DNA of 63,544 nucleotides, counting the filler, from Gonapodya sp. JEL0774 (Eukaryota), in assembly GCA_027604505.1 (NCBI GenBank). It is 38 parts of 38 records of this genome, joined end to end, with 100 filler letters (N's around TTAATTAATTAA, not from the genome) between each part and the next. Parts side by side here need not be neighbours in the genome. Positions count along the whole stretch, not along the records: positions 48,649 to 50,219 come from JADIIX010002939.1; positions 50,320 to 51,889 come from JADIIX010002940.1; positions 51,990 to 53,558 come from JADIIX010002941.1; positions 53,659 to 55,225 come from JADIIX010002942.1; positions 55,326 to 56,892 come from JADIIX010002943.1; positions 56,993 to 58,557 come from JADIIX010002944.1; positions 58,658 to 60,220 come from JADIIX010002945.1; positions 60,321 to 61,883 come from JADIIX010002946.1; 30 more parts are not named here. One strand, 5' to 3'. Position numbers and translations under genes: made by a program. Each line of letters starts with the position of its first letter. Position 1 is the stretch's first letter. Below the pieces are notes generated by a model. That model saw only the letters and a program-made list of their open reading frames with translations, searched no databases and was not told the DNA's origin. Shown piece by piece: positions 48,549-62,534 of this stretch.

Positions 48549-51258
48549 NNNNNNNNNNNNNNNNNNNNNNNNNNNNNNNNNNNNNNNNNNNNTTAATTAA
48601 TTAANNNNNNNNNNNNNNNNNNNNNNNNNNNNNNNNNNNNNNNNNNNNGGTCCCATTCCACTCGCTGTCAATCGTGGTTGTCATCATTAAAGTTCCGGAA
48701 GAATGGTGGATTTATGACGACGTGCTCTCGATCCTCGGCCACTACTGAGCCGTCGGCTGCACCAACAACACTATCACGTTTCTCCGCGATCCAAAATCAT
48801 TACCGGTGTCCATCTTGCAAAATATTGAGATCTCTGTTGACAAATTGAAAGCCTGTGTGATCTGTCGCATGTACAACGGTGCCGTCCTCCAGATAACTAA
48901 AATCTCCAAGACCCGATGTAATGTAATAGTAAACCGACTAGTGTGGATCCGCACATATGACTGGAAAGCCGCTCTGTACTATGGGTGAGATTACCGTGGT
49001 TGGAAACTGATTGAACTGAATTTGTAAGGAAAACTGATGTTCATAGTGATCATCAATTGCGCATACATTCCAAAACGATATTCAACGCGAGGATAAACTG
49101 CATCCTGATATTATGTAAATATTGGGGCCATCAACTTACACGAAGGTGCCTCTATATCTCTAAGCTTCCGCTGTCACAACCTGTTCGAGGTGGAAGACAG
49201 GTTCCGAACCAGCTAACCAGTTATGGTTTCGCTTTGCGAGGGCAAAACGTCCGACTTACTCCGGAATAAAATGGCGCCACAGCATGATGTGGACTCTTTA
49301 AAGTATCCTAGTTCTTGGTTACCCAGGTCCTCTTGATGGGCCCAGGCGCCATGGATGTCCGACCCAACTGACGTGTAGCAGGTCAAGCTATAGAGAATCG
49401 CAGGTGATAGGGGGAGCAGGCCAACGACTCGTATTGGATGTCCTGATCACCACTTGGAGGTTGAGCAACTGGGCGCTAACTAAGAAAGGTAGGCGTTCTG
49501 GTGGAGACGAGTCGTCAATGTCGAGGGCTGATGAAAAGCACACACTTGGGTTGGGAAGCGCCAGGTCTCTCGAATCTGGACAAGTGAGGGAACAGCAGCA
49601 GAGCTGTCAAAGTCAGACGAAGCATGTAACACGACGATATTGTTGACGATCACGGATAGTCAGAACAGACCACTCAGTTACACCCAATCACTTGGGATGT
49701 GCGGCGGCTTCCGCAGTATCAATTCTCAGCATCCGGTGTCACTATCACATATCAGAGCGCTGTCCAGTTTCACTACCCCCTTAACCTGTAATTGAAATCC
49801 GACATTGTGCCCTGGCACTACAAACTGCAACATCGATCGAGAGCCATGGCACCTCCGTCAGTAGGATTCAGAAACCTTCATCGCCAAATGGTCGTCCATC
49901 TCGCAATGGTCGACATCCAGGCTCAGGAGAACAGCTGTCCCCAGGGCACCACCAAGCCATCCCCACAACTTGCCTTCCCGCGCCGACAACCTCCACCGAC
50001 AATGGTCCCTTAAACGAGGCGGGACGCTCCGAGACCCTCACGTTGGTTATCGGTCCGGGCCACGTGGGGTGAGGGAGTACCACAGTTGGCAGAAGGTGAA
50101 GACGTCAGGTGACGAGAGGTGAAGTGGATGGCAACGCCCCGAGGTCGAGAACTTGTACATCAAATCATTTGGACGTGCGCCGGAGACGGATCAGCCGCCG
50201 ACCGTCAACATTTTCAATANNNNNNNNNNNNNNNNNNNNNNNNNNNNNNNNNNNNNNNNNNNNTTAATTAATTAANNNNNNNNNNNNNNNNNNNNNNNNN
50301 NNNNNNNNNNNNNNNNNNNTTTTGCTCGGTGGTGTCCACAACCAAGTATGTGCTGGGTCAGGCGGTTGGAGATACTAAGTTGAGATGATCAGGTTTTTAA
50401 CTTTGCTCTGAGATACTTGATTGGGAATTTTTTTATCATAGCACGGCTGATGGGAGCTAGGGTTCGTCACTCACTCGAGGCCCGGGACGCGGGTTCATTG
50501 GTCTTGCCCCTCCACTGGGGACAAGTGAGATTGGACGGTCAAATATATGATCGCTCATAAGGAATGTGTGTCAAGGGAAGACTCTCCTTCCGGATGATTC
50601 TGCTCGTTGTCTTCTCGCTTTGTGTTTTGCTGGTCCAATCACAATACTTGATCAAGTTTCAAAGATGAGATCAAAACCCCCTTTTGTGCATATGTGCAGA
50701 ATCCCTCAATGAAGTCACAAAACGCTGGTCAAAACCAAATTTTCGATTCAACCGTTCATCTCTGACAGTATCACGGAAATAAAATTGCGCATTATTTACT
50801 AAGAGATCAATCCCACCTGCAGGAACTCAGATTTCGTCTTTGAACTTGAACAGCGCAGTCAGCTGTGCGCTTTCAGAAGCTAGTGCTGGCTATAAATTTC
50901 ATTCGTTGTACTCTCGATGGAGAATCGGACCACAGTCGTTCCAACGGCTCACTGAGTAGTCTTTGAAGAACAAACTAAATTGAACTGAGGCAGTTGCATG
51001 GAGATCGCCCTTCAGAGGTACGTGTAGCGCCTATAAGTTCCATGGAACCAACATCCAAAGAATGGCAGTATAGCCAGAGAGCCTGCACTCTATTATGCTT
51101 TTGAACGAGTTTCGCGCACAAACCAACCACTCTGTTGAAATTAACCAAATCTCTTTGCATGATCCGCCAATGGACCAAGCCGTTAACGTTGCATAGCCTC
51201 TTTCTAATTCGCATGAAAGTCCGAACAATAGTGTCCGCATATTCCATCTGCCCAGCAT

Positions 51259-51825
<567 letters not shown>

Positions 51826-51989
51826 CTAGCTTTGAGACAGTCCAATTCACATAGAATAATCGAATGTGTTGGCGCCGGGTTATTTAATGNNNNNNNNNNN
51901 NNNNNNNNNNNNNNNNNNNNNNNNNNNNNNNNNTTAATTAATTAANNNNNNNNNNNNNNNNNNNNNNNNNNNNNNNNNNNNNNNNNNNN

Positions 51990-53492
51990 GAAAACGCAAT
52001 GGTACGGGCGCGGGCGGTGGTGTTAGTGGTTCAAGTTCTCGCATCGGTGACAACTTTGGGAACAGCGGATACGGGTGTTGTGAGGGAATATGTGGGTCCG
52101 ATCGTGAGGAATTTGGCGTCGGATAGGAGCGTAGTGGTCAGGGAAGTCTGGGCGAAGTGTCTTGGCAGTCTGGGTGAGTATTTGAACGTGGAATGCTTGA
52201 TTGCCTACCTCAGCTTTAGAAAATTGTCCATTGCTTGTGCGCAGGTGAATCTGCTTTGCGAATTTTGGACCTCTCCCAGTCTCTTCGGCCTCAAAGTCTC
52301 CCAGCCCAACCCCTGCAGGTTGTCGACCCTTATGACGAAGCACTCCGTGAAATTCGAGATTTGATTGCTGAAGATGCCACCAATCTTTTGGCAGATTCCG
52401 ATACGTCCGTCCGCCGAGCTGTGTTGGCGCAGTCGGCTCGACTGGGAGTTGTCGCAGGGCGTGGCTGGGCGAACGATGTTATGCTGGGTCATGTGGTGAC
52501 TTATTTGAACGATGGGGATTGGAAGTTGCGGGTGTGAGTGCGACAAGATAACTCCAAGTTATAGATCCATAACGAAATCCGCCATTTATTGGTTTGATTG
52601 CTTTCCGCCTAAAGTGCGTTCTTCGACGCCGTTACATCTCTTTCAACGTACTTGGGTAAACGAGCGCTTTCAGAGTATATACTTCCGCTTATATCGCAGG
52701 CCATTCATGATGCCGAAGAAGTCGTTGTCGAGCGCTGCATCAACGCTCTGGGCTCGATGGTGGAGCTCGGACTATTAGGCAGGAAGGAGGCGTTGGGAAT
52801 GTGCAGCATGTTAGCACCACTCCTTTGTCATCCGAGCGTTTGGATCCGTCTGGGTGGGTTATTGTGAATATACGGATCGAAGTTCATTGGTTGATTTTAT
52901 TCTCTGTGTTCTCAAGCCGCGGTTGGGTACATCACGACCACTGCAAAGACCCTTCCACTTGTGGATGTTCGATGCATCGTATATCCAACTATCAAGCCGT
53001 TCCTTACATTCGAGATCCCGAACCTGTCGGAACTCGCGATGCTTGAAAACCTAAAACCTCCGATTTCCAAGGCATGTGGGTTAATTGCGTTCAGTCCCGT
53101 CTTGTTGCAGGTGCATGATTTAGTTTCTGACAATGTTTCATGATCGACCCCGCGATAGTGTACGAGGTGGTTATTACATGGCTTTTGAGATCACCTCGAG
53201 CTACCACTACCGCTCTCGACCGTTCTTGGGGCATGCTCGGATCGGCTTCTCGGCACCACAGAACTGCCTCCTCTGGTACTGCTGTCTCGGAGCTCTCAAC
53301 GACTGGGGCCGCTGGCTCAAGCGATGTTGACGCTGGGATGTCCACCAATTTAGGTGCTTCTTCTGTGACTGGGGACAAGGAAGCAGATCTACTTCTTGTT
53401 AGGCTGCGCTCGCTCGGTATGACGGATGATGAGCGGGAGAGAGTGAACATGCTAAGGCCTTGGATGTCTAAAGTGGTCTCGGCGAGAGCACG
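51990..53492 (+). CDS. VPS15: Vps15/PIK3R4, HEAT-repeat region (partial)
   Basis: VRARA...REY; YD..L..I; LLADSDTSVRRA; NDVMLGHVVTYLNDGDWKLR/AFFD; EYILPLISQAIHDAEE.VV; PLLCHPSVWIR. Confidence 0.9.
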
Positions 53493-53840
53493 GTGAGCTA
53501 ACAATCAGTCTAGAAATGTGATGACTTTGATATTCAGGTCATAATTTATCCTCACTGCNNNNNNNNNNNNNNNNNNNNNNNNNNNNNNNNNNNNNNNNNN
53601 NNTTAATTAATTAANNNNNNNNNNNNNNNNNNNNNNNNNNNNNNNNNNNNNNNNNNNNCGTGATCTGTTTAGGAGACACCTACTGCATGGTTTGACTGTC
53701 TGGCTCATGAAACATTCTTGGGCTTAGATGTTTTGTTCTTTTTTCCTGAAAAGTGAATACAGTACTCTCTTGTTCACAACGCAATTGATTCGCGTCATAC
53801 AAGTGATCCATTATTAATGTACTCTTTGCCGGTAATGTCA

Positions 53841-55225
53841 TCATCTGGAGGGACGTACGCCAGCTCCGCGTGCCACCACCACCACACGACTGCGTCCATC
53901 CCAGTGACGCAAATCTTCCGGCCAATCTCGGTGCGCGGCGTAAATTGGGATCACCCTCAACATATCTCGGCTCGTTACGGGTTCGAACACGAACTCACAA
54001 CTTGGCGATCTGCGTAAAGCGCTCGCCAAAGGACCCATGAGGGCACTGAGAAATCCAGCTAGTATTGGTGGTGTATAATTCGCGTCACCAATGGCCCGCA
54101 TGGTGTGAAAGACATGACACGTGATGGTGACAAGCACGTGTCGCAACCCAGGAAAAGTCCGAGCAAGCGACTCCGCGAGGTTCACACCGTGCTGCAGACT
54201 GGGCGCGTAATCGACGTCTGTCGCATCGATTCGCAGATGAAGTTTGCGAAGTTGTCCGAGTGCACAGAGCGCGTCTCTGGTGAGTGGCTGTGAGATCAGT
54301 TCCTCCCACGACAGAATTGAGCTGAACAGTGACAGAACTCCGAATTCTTGTAGAGAAGGATAAACCACTATCGCTCGCAGTAATCTCAGCCGTATGACTG
54401 GACCGCTGGCCTGGGGCAAACTCCAGTTCGGTGGGTGTGGGACGATCAGCGACGTGACCCTCCTTCTGAAAGTTTCCGGCAAGTTTCTGCACACCATGTC
54501 TTCTGGTGAATCCCCCGTAGACTTCACTGGATAGAAAGCACCACCCGTTACGGATACAACCGACGGGAAATGGGGCAGTAAAGTGCGCAACATAATTGCG
54601 GCTCTTTCTGATCCGAAAGTCGGCGCTGCGATGGATTGAGGACTGGTCAACGAGGTAACAGATTCCAGTTGAATGTCTTCTGGAAGCGCTTTCAACAGAT
54701 CCATCGCGTGTAAGGTCGCCAGGTCCAGATCCCCAACCTGCAGCTCCCGCATAAAGTCCACCACAGCGGAGAGGGTATCGTCACTACCAATATAAGAGAG
54801 CCAAATCGTCATTTTAGAAACAACCACATGCACTCGATCTCTGGGGATGGATTTGTGGTGGCGATCCCCGGCGAAGAGGCAGTCCATCACGTCAAGGACG
54901 TCCAGCGTGCTTCCCCTCGGGATGATCCGTTTGGCCGACAAGCGCAGAACTGTCGACGGCGCCATCGAGGTCCATATGACACCACCGGACGCGGAGGGGC
55001 TTTGGGCGCGCCGAAACTCGGTGCAGAAGCGGATCGGGTTCGCATCGAGCCAGTGTTGAGGATAGTCATCGGCATCGAGATCGTCACCAGCGTCCGTGAT
55101 CTCGATCTCACAAGCTATTCCAATCTCATTGCCAGGACAACCAGGGATAGCTCCGACAGCGTCGCGACGAAACCGTCTGGACACGAGGGGAATCGTACCG
55201 TAAAAGTCTCGCGGTGGCACGAGGC
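53841..55225 (-). CDS. Hypothetical protein with possible N-terminal F-box remnant (5' partial)
   Basis: Intron-free ORF of ~460 aa starting LVPPRDFYGTIPLVSRRFR (F-box-tail-like LVSRRF), with LRR-like segments (LQEFG, LRKLHLRI, FPGLRHV). Confidence 0.5.
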
Positions 55226-55763
55226 NNNNNNNNNNNNNNNNNNNNNNNNNNNNNNNNNNNNNNNNNNNNTTAATTAATTAANNNNNNNNNNNNNNNNNNN
55301 NNNNNNNNNNNNNNNNNNNNNNNNNAGGCCAGAACCCATCGTTACAGAGTGGGCGCTGATCGAGCCACCCCCACAATTCTGGAGACCAGGCTGCGATCTC
55401 CATGTCGCGTACATCGTCAGAGACGCGTCAGAAGAAAGAGTCGAAGGCTTTGTAAGAAGAAGGGTCAAGTTAGAGGTTGGCAAGTGGATTGACCAAAACA
55501 TGAGGATGGGCGACTGGGGTAAGTCGGAATGGTGGAGACATCTGTATCTGTTGCGCAAACGCTCACTTCAATGTCAAACCTCTGCTTTTAACCAGCGCAA
55601 GGTCAAGCTAGAATGTCCAATTTCATCCGTATTCTGTGATGTTATCAATTGTGATATGTCGCGAAGATAACAAATAAATTATTCTGTGCGTTGATTTGGG
55701 CCATTGAAATTTACCAAGTTCGCTGACGCTTGACAATCTGCTCCTCTGTATCCCGTCTTGACC

Positions 55764-56832
55764 ATGCCGGAAACGTCAGCTTCGGCAGTGGACTCGCGTC
55801 TTCACTCAGGCATCGCAGAAAGTCCTACTCCAGACGGATCCGAAACTGGCGCAGGAGAGGCGACAATAGCTTCCCCCGACATCAAATTGACAGCTTCCTG
55901 GGGAGGCAAGAAGTTTGTCATATATGTGAGAATTGATGGTACTCGTTCTTTGGTCCTTCAGCTCTAATGCTACTTCTGACTGGTGATCTGTAAAACTACA
56001 GGCACCACCCACCATCACCCTCACCGATTTGAAACGAAAGCTCCACGATGTAACCCACGTGGACCCAAAAAGACAAAAACTCCTCGGCCTTGTGAAGGGG
56101 AAGATCCCATCGGACGAATATCGGCTCTCTGGTGAGGGAATTCGCAAGCACTTGTGTCGCTGAAACAAAACATTGGACACCGACGTCCTACGTATGTGAA
56201 GATTGCAATATCAAAGAAGATCATAAGTTTGTTCTTATGGGGACTGTGGAGGCGGGGATTCCGAAGGAGCCCGAAGAGATTCCCGGTGCGTGTCGAAGGT
56301 CCGAGTCCTGCTTATTCAAGCGGCGACAGTAGAGTGAAACTCTCCGGTTCCGTGCTCCAGAAGTTATCGACGATTTTGACTCAGAGGACTTTCGAACGAC
56401 TGTGGATCCAACCGTGGATCCCGATAACACGAAGAAACTTCAGGATGCTAGTGAGTACGCGACTCTATATCGTACTCTGACAAAGAAGCTTAACGGTGAG
56501 CTGTAGTCGACCGGACGTCAATTGTTCTGATCAATGAGCTGCGCCCGGGGAAGGTTCGGTCGCTTGATGAGGACTCTCGATGGAGGAGAAAGTTGCTTGC
56601 TCTGACTAGCATCCGCTGAATTCGAATGCAAACCATCTAGAAGCTTCTCGTACTCGATCTTGACTATACTATCTTTGTAAGGCCATTTCCTCCTTTGTAT
56701 GTCCTACCTTCTTCCAATGATTTATCTCCTTCAGGATTGCAAATCCCCCGCATCCAGTATATCGGAGCTCGCCCGACCAGGCATGCACGAGTTTCTAACC
56801 GCAGTGTTCCCTTATTACGAGATTGTGATCTG
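55764..56832 (+). CDS. UBLCP1: Ubiquitin-like domain-containing CTD phosphatase 1 (3' partial)
   Basis: UBL domain: W.GKKF...LKRKLHDVTHVDPKRQKLLGL...LMGTVE. Phosphatase domain: RPGK/KLLVLDLDYTIF/DCKS...RPGMHEFLTAVFPYYEIVIW. Confidence 0.9.
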
Positions 56833-57400
56833 GTGAGACATCTTTTAATGTCGGGCTCGGATCAACACTGACTGTTCTTGACAAAACGTTTCNNNNNNNN
56901 NNNNNNNNNNNNNNNNNNNNNNNNNNNNNNNNNNNNTTAATTAATTAANNNNNNNNNNNNNNNNNNNNNNNNNNNNNNNNNNNNNNNNNNNNTCTGATAA
57001 GTATGACTTTCACACTTCACAGCTCACGCCCTGTTCACCACTGTCGACAATGATCACACACTGGTTGCTTTTAAATTCATCAAAAGTTCGCAAAATACAA
57101 TATGAAATATGTTCAGTAATGCTTGATATCCGTTTGTCGTGCGCCATGATCATTATGCCTGCCAGGACGCTATGATTACCCATTGCCCTGCGACCGGTCG
57201 AACAAAACGCCGGGTAAAGTCGCAACTAATATGCTGTATGCCTCTTTGAGTCGTATTACTGTAAATGTACATTCGGGCATCGTTGGGATCTCGGGGGACA
57301 GCCTGTGGACCACAGCAGCTGCGGCCTCATAGCTCGTGGTCGGCAAGAGACTTCCGCGAGTTCTCATTGGAAAAAACAAAACAATCTCAGCTGCAATTGA

Positions 57401-58557
57401 ATGGCTGCGCCACTCCCGTCTACTGCGCTCAGTCTGCCCTCCGCACCCTCCCACAACTCGCCCTCCTCTTCCGCGCCCCCGCTCACCGCACTGCGCTCCG
57501 TGCTCGCATCAATCGACTCCACACAATCTGCAATCGCAGCAACTCCACGCATTATTTCGCTTCTTTCTGCCGTCGTCCGGTCGGATCCCCTGGGCACACC
57601 ACGTGCAGCTGCGTCCGGCGAGTCCAGTTCGGCACTCATCCTACGAAGCGCACTTCGACTGCCACCCGGCCTCTCCAATGCCCTCCACGACGCCAGCGAA
57701 TGGTGGGCTCATGATCCAGACTCCCCTGCAGTTATTATGGGAGCACACAGACTCGAAGCCGATCAGCCCCGTCCCGAGTGGAAGGAGGTGCCCAAGGACT
57801 GGAGCGAGCGTGTGGATGAGGAGATGGGGGATGGGCTCGGAGTATTTTTCGAGATGCCGGGAGATGTGATCTTGGGTTCTGGAGTGGGAGATCAGGTAGT
57901 GCCCGAGGAGCTCGGCCAAGTTGGTGAGGCGGCAGAAATGGATGTCGACTCGGTTACAGACGTAACAAAGGGTATTCATGCAAAAGAGGCAAAGGCGCAA
58001 GTTGAGAGTGAGATACCTGCAGACCCGGAGGTGGACAGTGCTGGTCTACGTACTGGTAAGGATAGATGCATTGTGTGAATGACCCTCTTCTGATCGCGCA
58101 CGTGTCCACCTTCCCAATCTTTTATATTACCTCTGCCTCCACCCTCAACCACGCTCCTCGTCGACTCTACCGCCCCGGAACATCCCCCCATCCCCTCCAC
58201 ACCCGTGACCACCGCCACCGGGCCAGCCACTTCTTCGGCCAACCCCACCCGGGCGCCTCTCACCGCCACCTCTGACCTCACTTCCGAGCTCGTCTACATT
58301 CCCGGGTGGGGCCACGTGCCCCTCCGTGAAGCCCGACCGATTCCTGCGACGGCGGTCTACTTCAGGCCTGATGATCCTGCGTCCGATGAGAGCACCACGA
58401 CCGCCCCGCACGCACCAGCACCGGCACCAGTCAAGCCACATCCTGCTGACCACCAGGGGCTGGATCCGAGGGTGCTGCGCAGGAGAGACGTCAACCGTGA
58501 GCGGGTGGCGCGATTCGCGGCTCAAGCGGAAGAGGATATGGAGGCGTTCAAAGCGTC
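57401..58557 (+). CDS. Hypothetical protein (3' partial)
   Basis: 225-aa ORF from ATG 57401 with a GTAAG donor near 58056, plus a second long ORF to the contig end. No family recognised. Confidence 0.45.
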
Positions 58558-59110
58558 NNNNNNNNNNNNNNNNNNNNNNNNNNNNNNNNNNNNNNNNNNN
58601 NTTAATTAATTAANNNNNNNNNNNNNNNNNNNNNNNNNNNNNNNNNNNNNNNNNNNNGAGCGCCCAAAATACGTAGCGTTGTCAAATGAACAAGGAAACA
58701 TCAAGTCACAGGCACTTCTTCCAACGGCGGACGCGACCTTCGAAGCACCGATGCGAATCTTCTGAGTCCTGACCGCAACTGCAGCTACGCCGTACTAACC
58801 TTATTCTTGTTGAAGTTGAGAAAGCTCATTGGGTGGGAGCTAAGACGTTTGAGCGCGGCTTATGAAGCTATCACGTTGACAACCGAATCTGCGGCGAGTC
58901 AGAGCCCCTGGCAGACGTTGGTTAAGAAGATGCGACCAGCGGAGAACACTGGAACAGACAAGACGGCAGCACTCTCGCGAAGTGATTTGGATGGCGAGAA
59001 TCAATGGGCGTGCGGTTGCAATCAACATCACTGAATCAGCGACTGCTGCGGTCACTCGCGTCTGAGGTCCTGTGTATAAAATTACATACCACCCCCGAAA
59101 CTTACCCATC

Positions 59111-60196
59111 ATGTCCGAAACGAGGGAAACGTACGGACTGTTTCACCGACATCTAAACTACGAGAGTAATGGAACTTTGTGGTTGAATATGGGATTCTGG
59201 TCTAAAGAGGTGGATTGACGAATGTTTTCGCTGTTCATGGTGTCGAGGCTCCCATCGTATAACTGTTGGGACATCATCATGATAGGGTGAAACCTTCCAA
59301 GAGGCATGTAAAGGCCTGGCGCTTAAACTGGCGGAAAGCGCAAGGATCATGGAGGGATGCAGATGGTTCGGTTCGTAGCTATGGGTGGAACCAACTTGGA
59401 TGGTGTCTTGGCATGTGACTGATTTGTCCATCTCACAGATGCTGGATACGGATGCGGTGATCAAGTGGATCTCTTTGTTCACACCTTTCACCCAAGCTAC
59501 TACACAGGAGTGACTATGGAAATGTCCCACAGCACTGTCGCGCGGCATCGTGTTCGCAATCGTTCAAACGGCTGTATTGTACACCTCCTACAGGGAGATG
59601 CGGTGCACCCGATGACGTGGACGTCACAAACGGGGAAGATGATTGACGCGAGCTCGGACGCATTTGGAATGGGAACCTTTGACGTTGTAACGTGCCTCGA
59701 CTGCGCGTACCACTTCCAAACCCGCTACAGCTTTTTGAAATTGGCATACCGAGATATCTTGGGTGTCCGCGGTAGCATTGCACTTGCCGACATCATTGGG
59801 GGTGATGTTACGTGGACTTCGGAGCTTTCACTGTGGAATCCGATTTCTAGTTTCAGCCTCATCTATCAGCGAATCCTCTTTCAGCTGTTTCTACTGCTCG
59901 CTAGTGTTCCGCAAGGAAATTTGTGGAATGGCTGCTCTGCATATGATGCCCATATGCGCCGGGTTGGATTCACAGATGTTGCGGTGACTGATATCTCAAA
60001 CTCCGTCTTCCCGGGATTTTTGGACTTCCTGGATCATTTCCGAGTAAATGAACTTGACCATATTCTGCAAAATGAAAGAGTAGTCTACCCCCTCAGAGTC
60101 CTCTCGCAGCTGCTAATGCGAGGGGTTCTATGGCTTTTGCGTGGTGCGGTAAAGCGTCGGTGGCTTATATTTGTCTTAGTTATAGGAAGGAAGTAA
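59111..60196 (+). CDS. Class I SAM-dependent methyltransferase
   Basis: LWLNMGFW / F.EACK.LA / DAGYGCGDQ (motif I) / FDVVTCLDCAYHFQTR / GF.DV...DIS..VFPGF. Appears complete. Confidence 0.85.
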
Positions 60197-60320
60197 TATT
60201 CTGGGGTTTCGTCCCGATATNNNNNNNNNNNNNNNNNNNNNNNNNNNNNNNNNNNNNNNNNNNNTTAATTAATTAANNNNNNNNNNNNNNNNNNNNNNNN
60301 NNNNNNNNNNNNNNNNNNNN

Positions 60321-61839
60321 GGCTTGAGTCTAGTGTGGTCATTCGCAAGACATCTTCAGCAAGTCTCACTCCCTCGTTGAGCCGCTCTGGAACATTGACC
60401 CCGAAAGTTGCGGACAACGATACCCGAGCTAGTGCGCACAGGAGAGGCGGAAGTACGGTGGCTGAAGGTAAGTCACAAATTCGCGACGGCCTCTATCACC
60501 TGCCTTAGATGGGAGGTTCAACCTTTTGCGACTCAACTAACCACAGCCACAGATTACACCACACATCTTTCTCACCGACCTCCCGAGATCAAATCTGTAT
60601 CGCGCACCAACTCTGCTGCGAGTCTCGCCCCTTCGCTTAGCCGCTCTACGGCGTCGGTGGAAACTGGAAGCTTGAACATCCGGCCTTCCGAGAGTCGGCC
60701 GGTCTCGCGAACCAATTCTGTCGCCAGCCTCACCCCATCGGTCGGTCACGCTTCCACTGCAGTATCTGATCATAGGTCGGGTAATGTGCACGGTGGAGGT
60801 GAGGCAAGCGAGGGACGTCGCAAGTCCAGTACCCATTCACCCCAAATCGGTGAGTTATCAGAACCACAGCGAATTGGGGAGCTCTTCCCACTCTTCCGCG
60901 TAAGCCTGAAACATATTGGTTTTACACGCCATGCAGCAACAAGTGATGTTGACGCCAATCTCCGTCGCGAGAACTCCGACCTCAGAAGGAAACTGGCGGA
61001 GAAAGACGCCGCTCTCCGTGAAATGCAGGGCAACTCTAGTCGCTCCCTCGCTCGGACTCCAGCCGCTCGTAATGCGCCAGATACGCATACAGATGTTGAC
61101 ACCGGGTCTCGTTCTTCGGACCTCACCGTAGGGGAGCAATCTCCTGCAGAGCGCAGTTCCTCCGAACAGTACGAAGAAAAGATCCGCGGGCTCGTCTCCA
61201 TCATCCAGTCGCAACAAGAAACAATTGCAGTTCTCTACGAGCATATTCGACTTCTCCAAGAGGGCTTGAGCACTGGACCGACACTTCCCCCGGCCCCTGC
61301 ATCCACGACGCCTGCGGCGGCTCCAACTGCGGGTGTGAGGCAGCAACCGGATATCATGGAGGTCAAGGAGGTCAAGGAGGTCAAGGAGGTCAAGGAGGTC
61401 AAGGAGGTCAAGGAGGTCAAGGAGGTCAAGGAGGTCAAAGTACCTGCCCCCAAGGATGAGAACATGCCCGTGATTCTCTTCGCGGTGGCGCCGTACGAAC
61501 CTCAGCGGGAAGATGAGATTCCGATGCAGATCGGTGACCGCATCAAGTGCACGGCCAAATTTGTCGATGGATGGGCAACGGTGAGTTCATTCGATCCTGG
61601 GAAATTGCAGTGCATTTTGTTGACTCATGCGTGACTGTTGCTCCCGGTATGTGTGTGCACTCTGCCCACTCGTGGTGATGCAGGGTACCAACCTCGACAA
61701 AAACGTCACTGGAGCCTTCCCCCTCTCGCGAACATCTCCTCGTGCGACCTCTCGGCAAGCTCTTGAGAGTATTTTTGGCGGCGGAACCAGCACAGCCATA
61801 CCGCCGACACGTGTCAGGGACTCGTCCGTCGGAGTGTGA
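60321..61839 (+). CDS. Ser-rich/coiled-coil + SH3-domain protein (5' partial)
   Basis: FAVAPYEPQREDEIPMQIGDRIKCTAKFVDGWAT/GTNLDKNVTGAFPLSRT, an SH3 domain split by an intron. Confidence 0.85.
61359..61439 (+). repeat. Coding 9-bp minisatellite (GAGGTCAAG)9 encoding (EVK)9
   Basis: Eight perfect units plus a final GAGGTCAAA. Confidence 0.97.
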
Positions 61840-62029
61840 ACTTGGGATAACATATGGGGCTGAGAGGACGGCGCATTGCACATNNNNNNNNNNNNNNNNN
61901 NNNNNNNNNNNNNNNNNNNNNNNNNNNTTAATTAATTAANNNNNNNNNNNNNNNNNNNNNNNNNNNNNNNNNNNNNNNNNNNNCTCTGCTCCTTCTCCTT
62001 CCGACAAATGGGGCCACCATTCTATGTAC

Positions 62030-62534
62030 TCACGTCTTGTTGCTGGGGGACAAATCCGACACCGACACCCAGTCCTAGTCCAAACCCCAGTCCAAACGGA
62101 GTCGACAGTGCGCTCTGTTCCGCTCCTGCACCACCGGGGTTCCCAGTCACCCCAGCACCACCTTGACCACCGGCACCGGCAGCACCGGCAAATACAGGGA
62201 AGCCGAGACTCATTCCCAATGGCGATGCTCTGACTTTTGCGAGAATATCCGGGTCTTCGAGTAACCGTCTGAGCACGTCCGATGCGAGTGCGAACTTGCG
62301 AGCGAGGTCAGCGTTGTCCACATCCGTGGTGGATTCCGTTGAAATAGAATTGGCGGCTGCGGCAGAAGAAGAAGTGGAGAACGAGTGCGAAAGCGCGTCC
62401 ATCGTATTTGCCGTTGCCGTTGCCGAGTGTGGAGACTGTGCGGGCGTGGAGATTCCTCCACTCGACCCGGACACCTGAGACACCGAACTCGCACCAGACT
62501 GCACAGAACTCGACGAAGACACGCGCGCTGTCAT
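62030..62534 (-). CDS. Low-complexity Ser/Ala/Gly-rich N-terminal exon of an unknown protein
   Basis: ATG at 62534, ~165 codons, GTGAGT donor near 62033. Confidence 0.4.
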
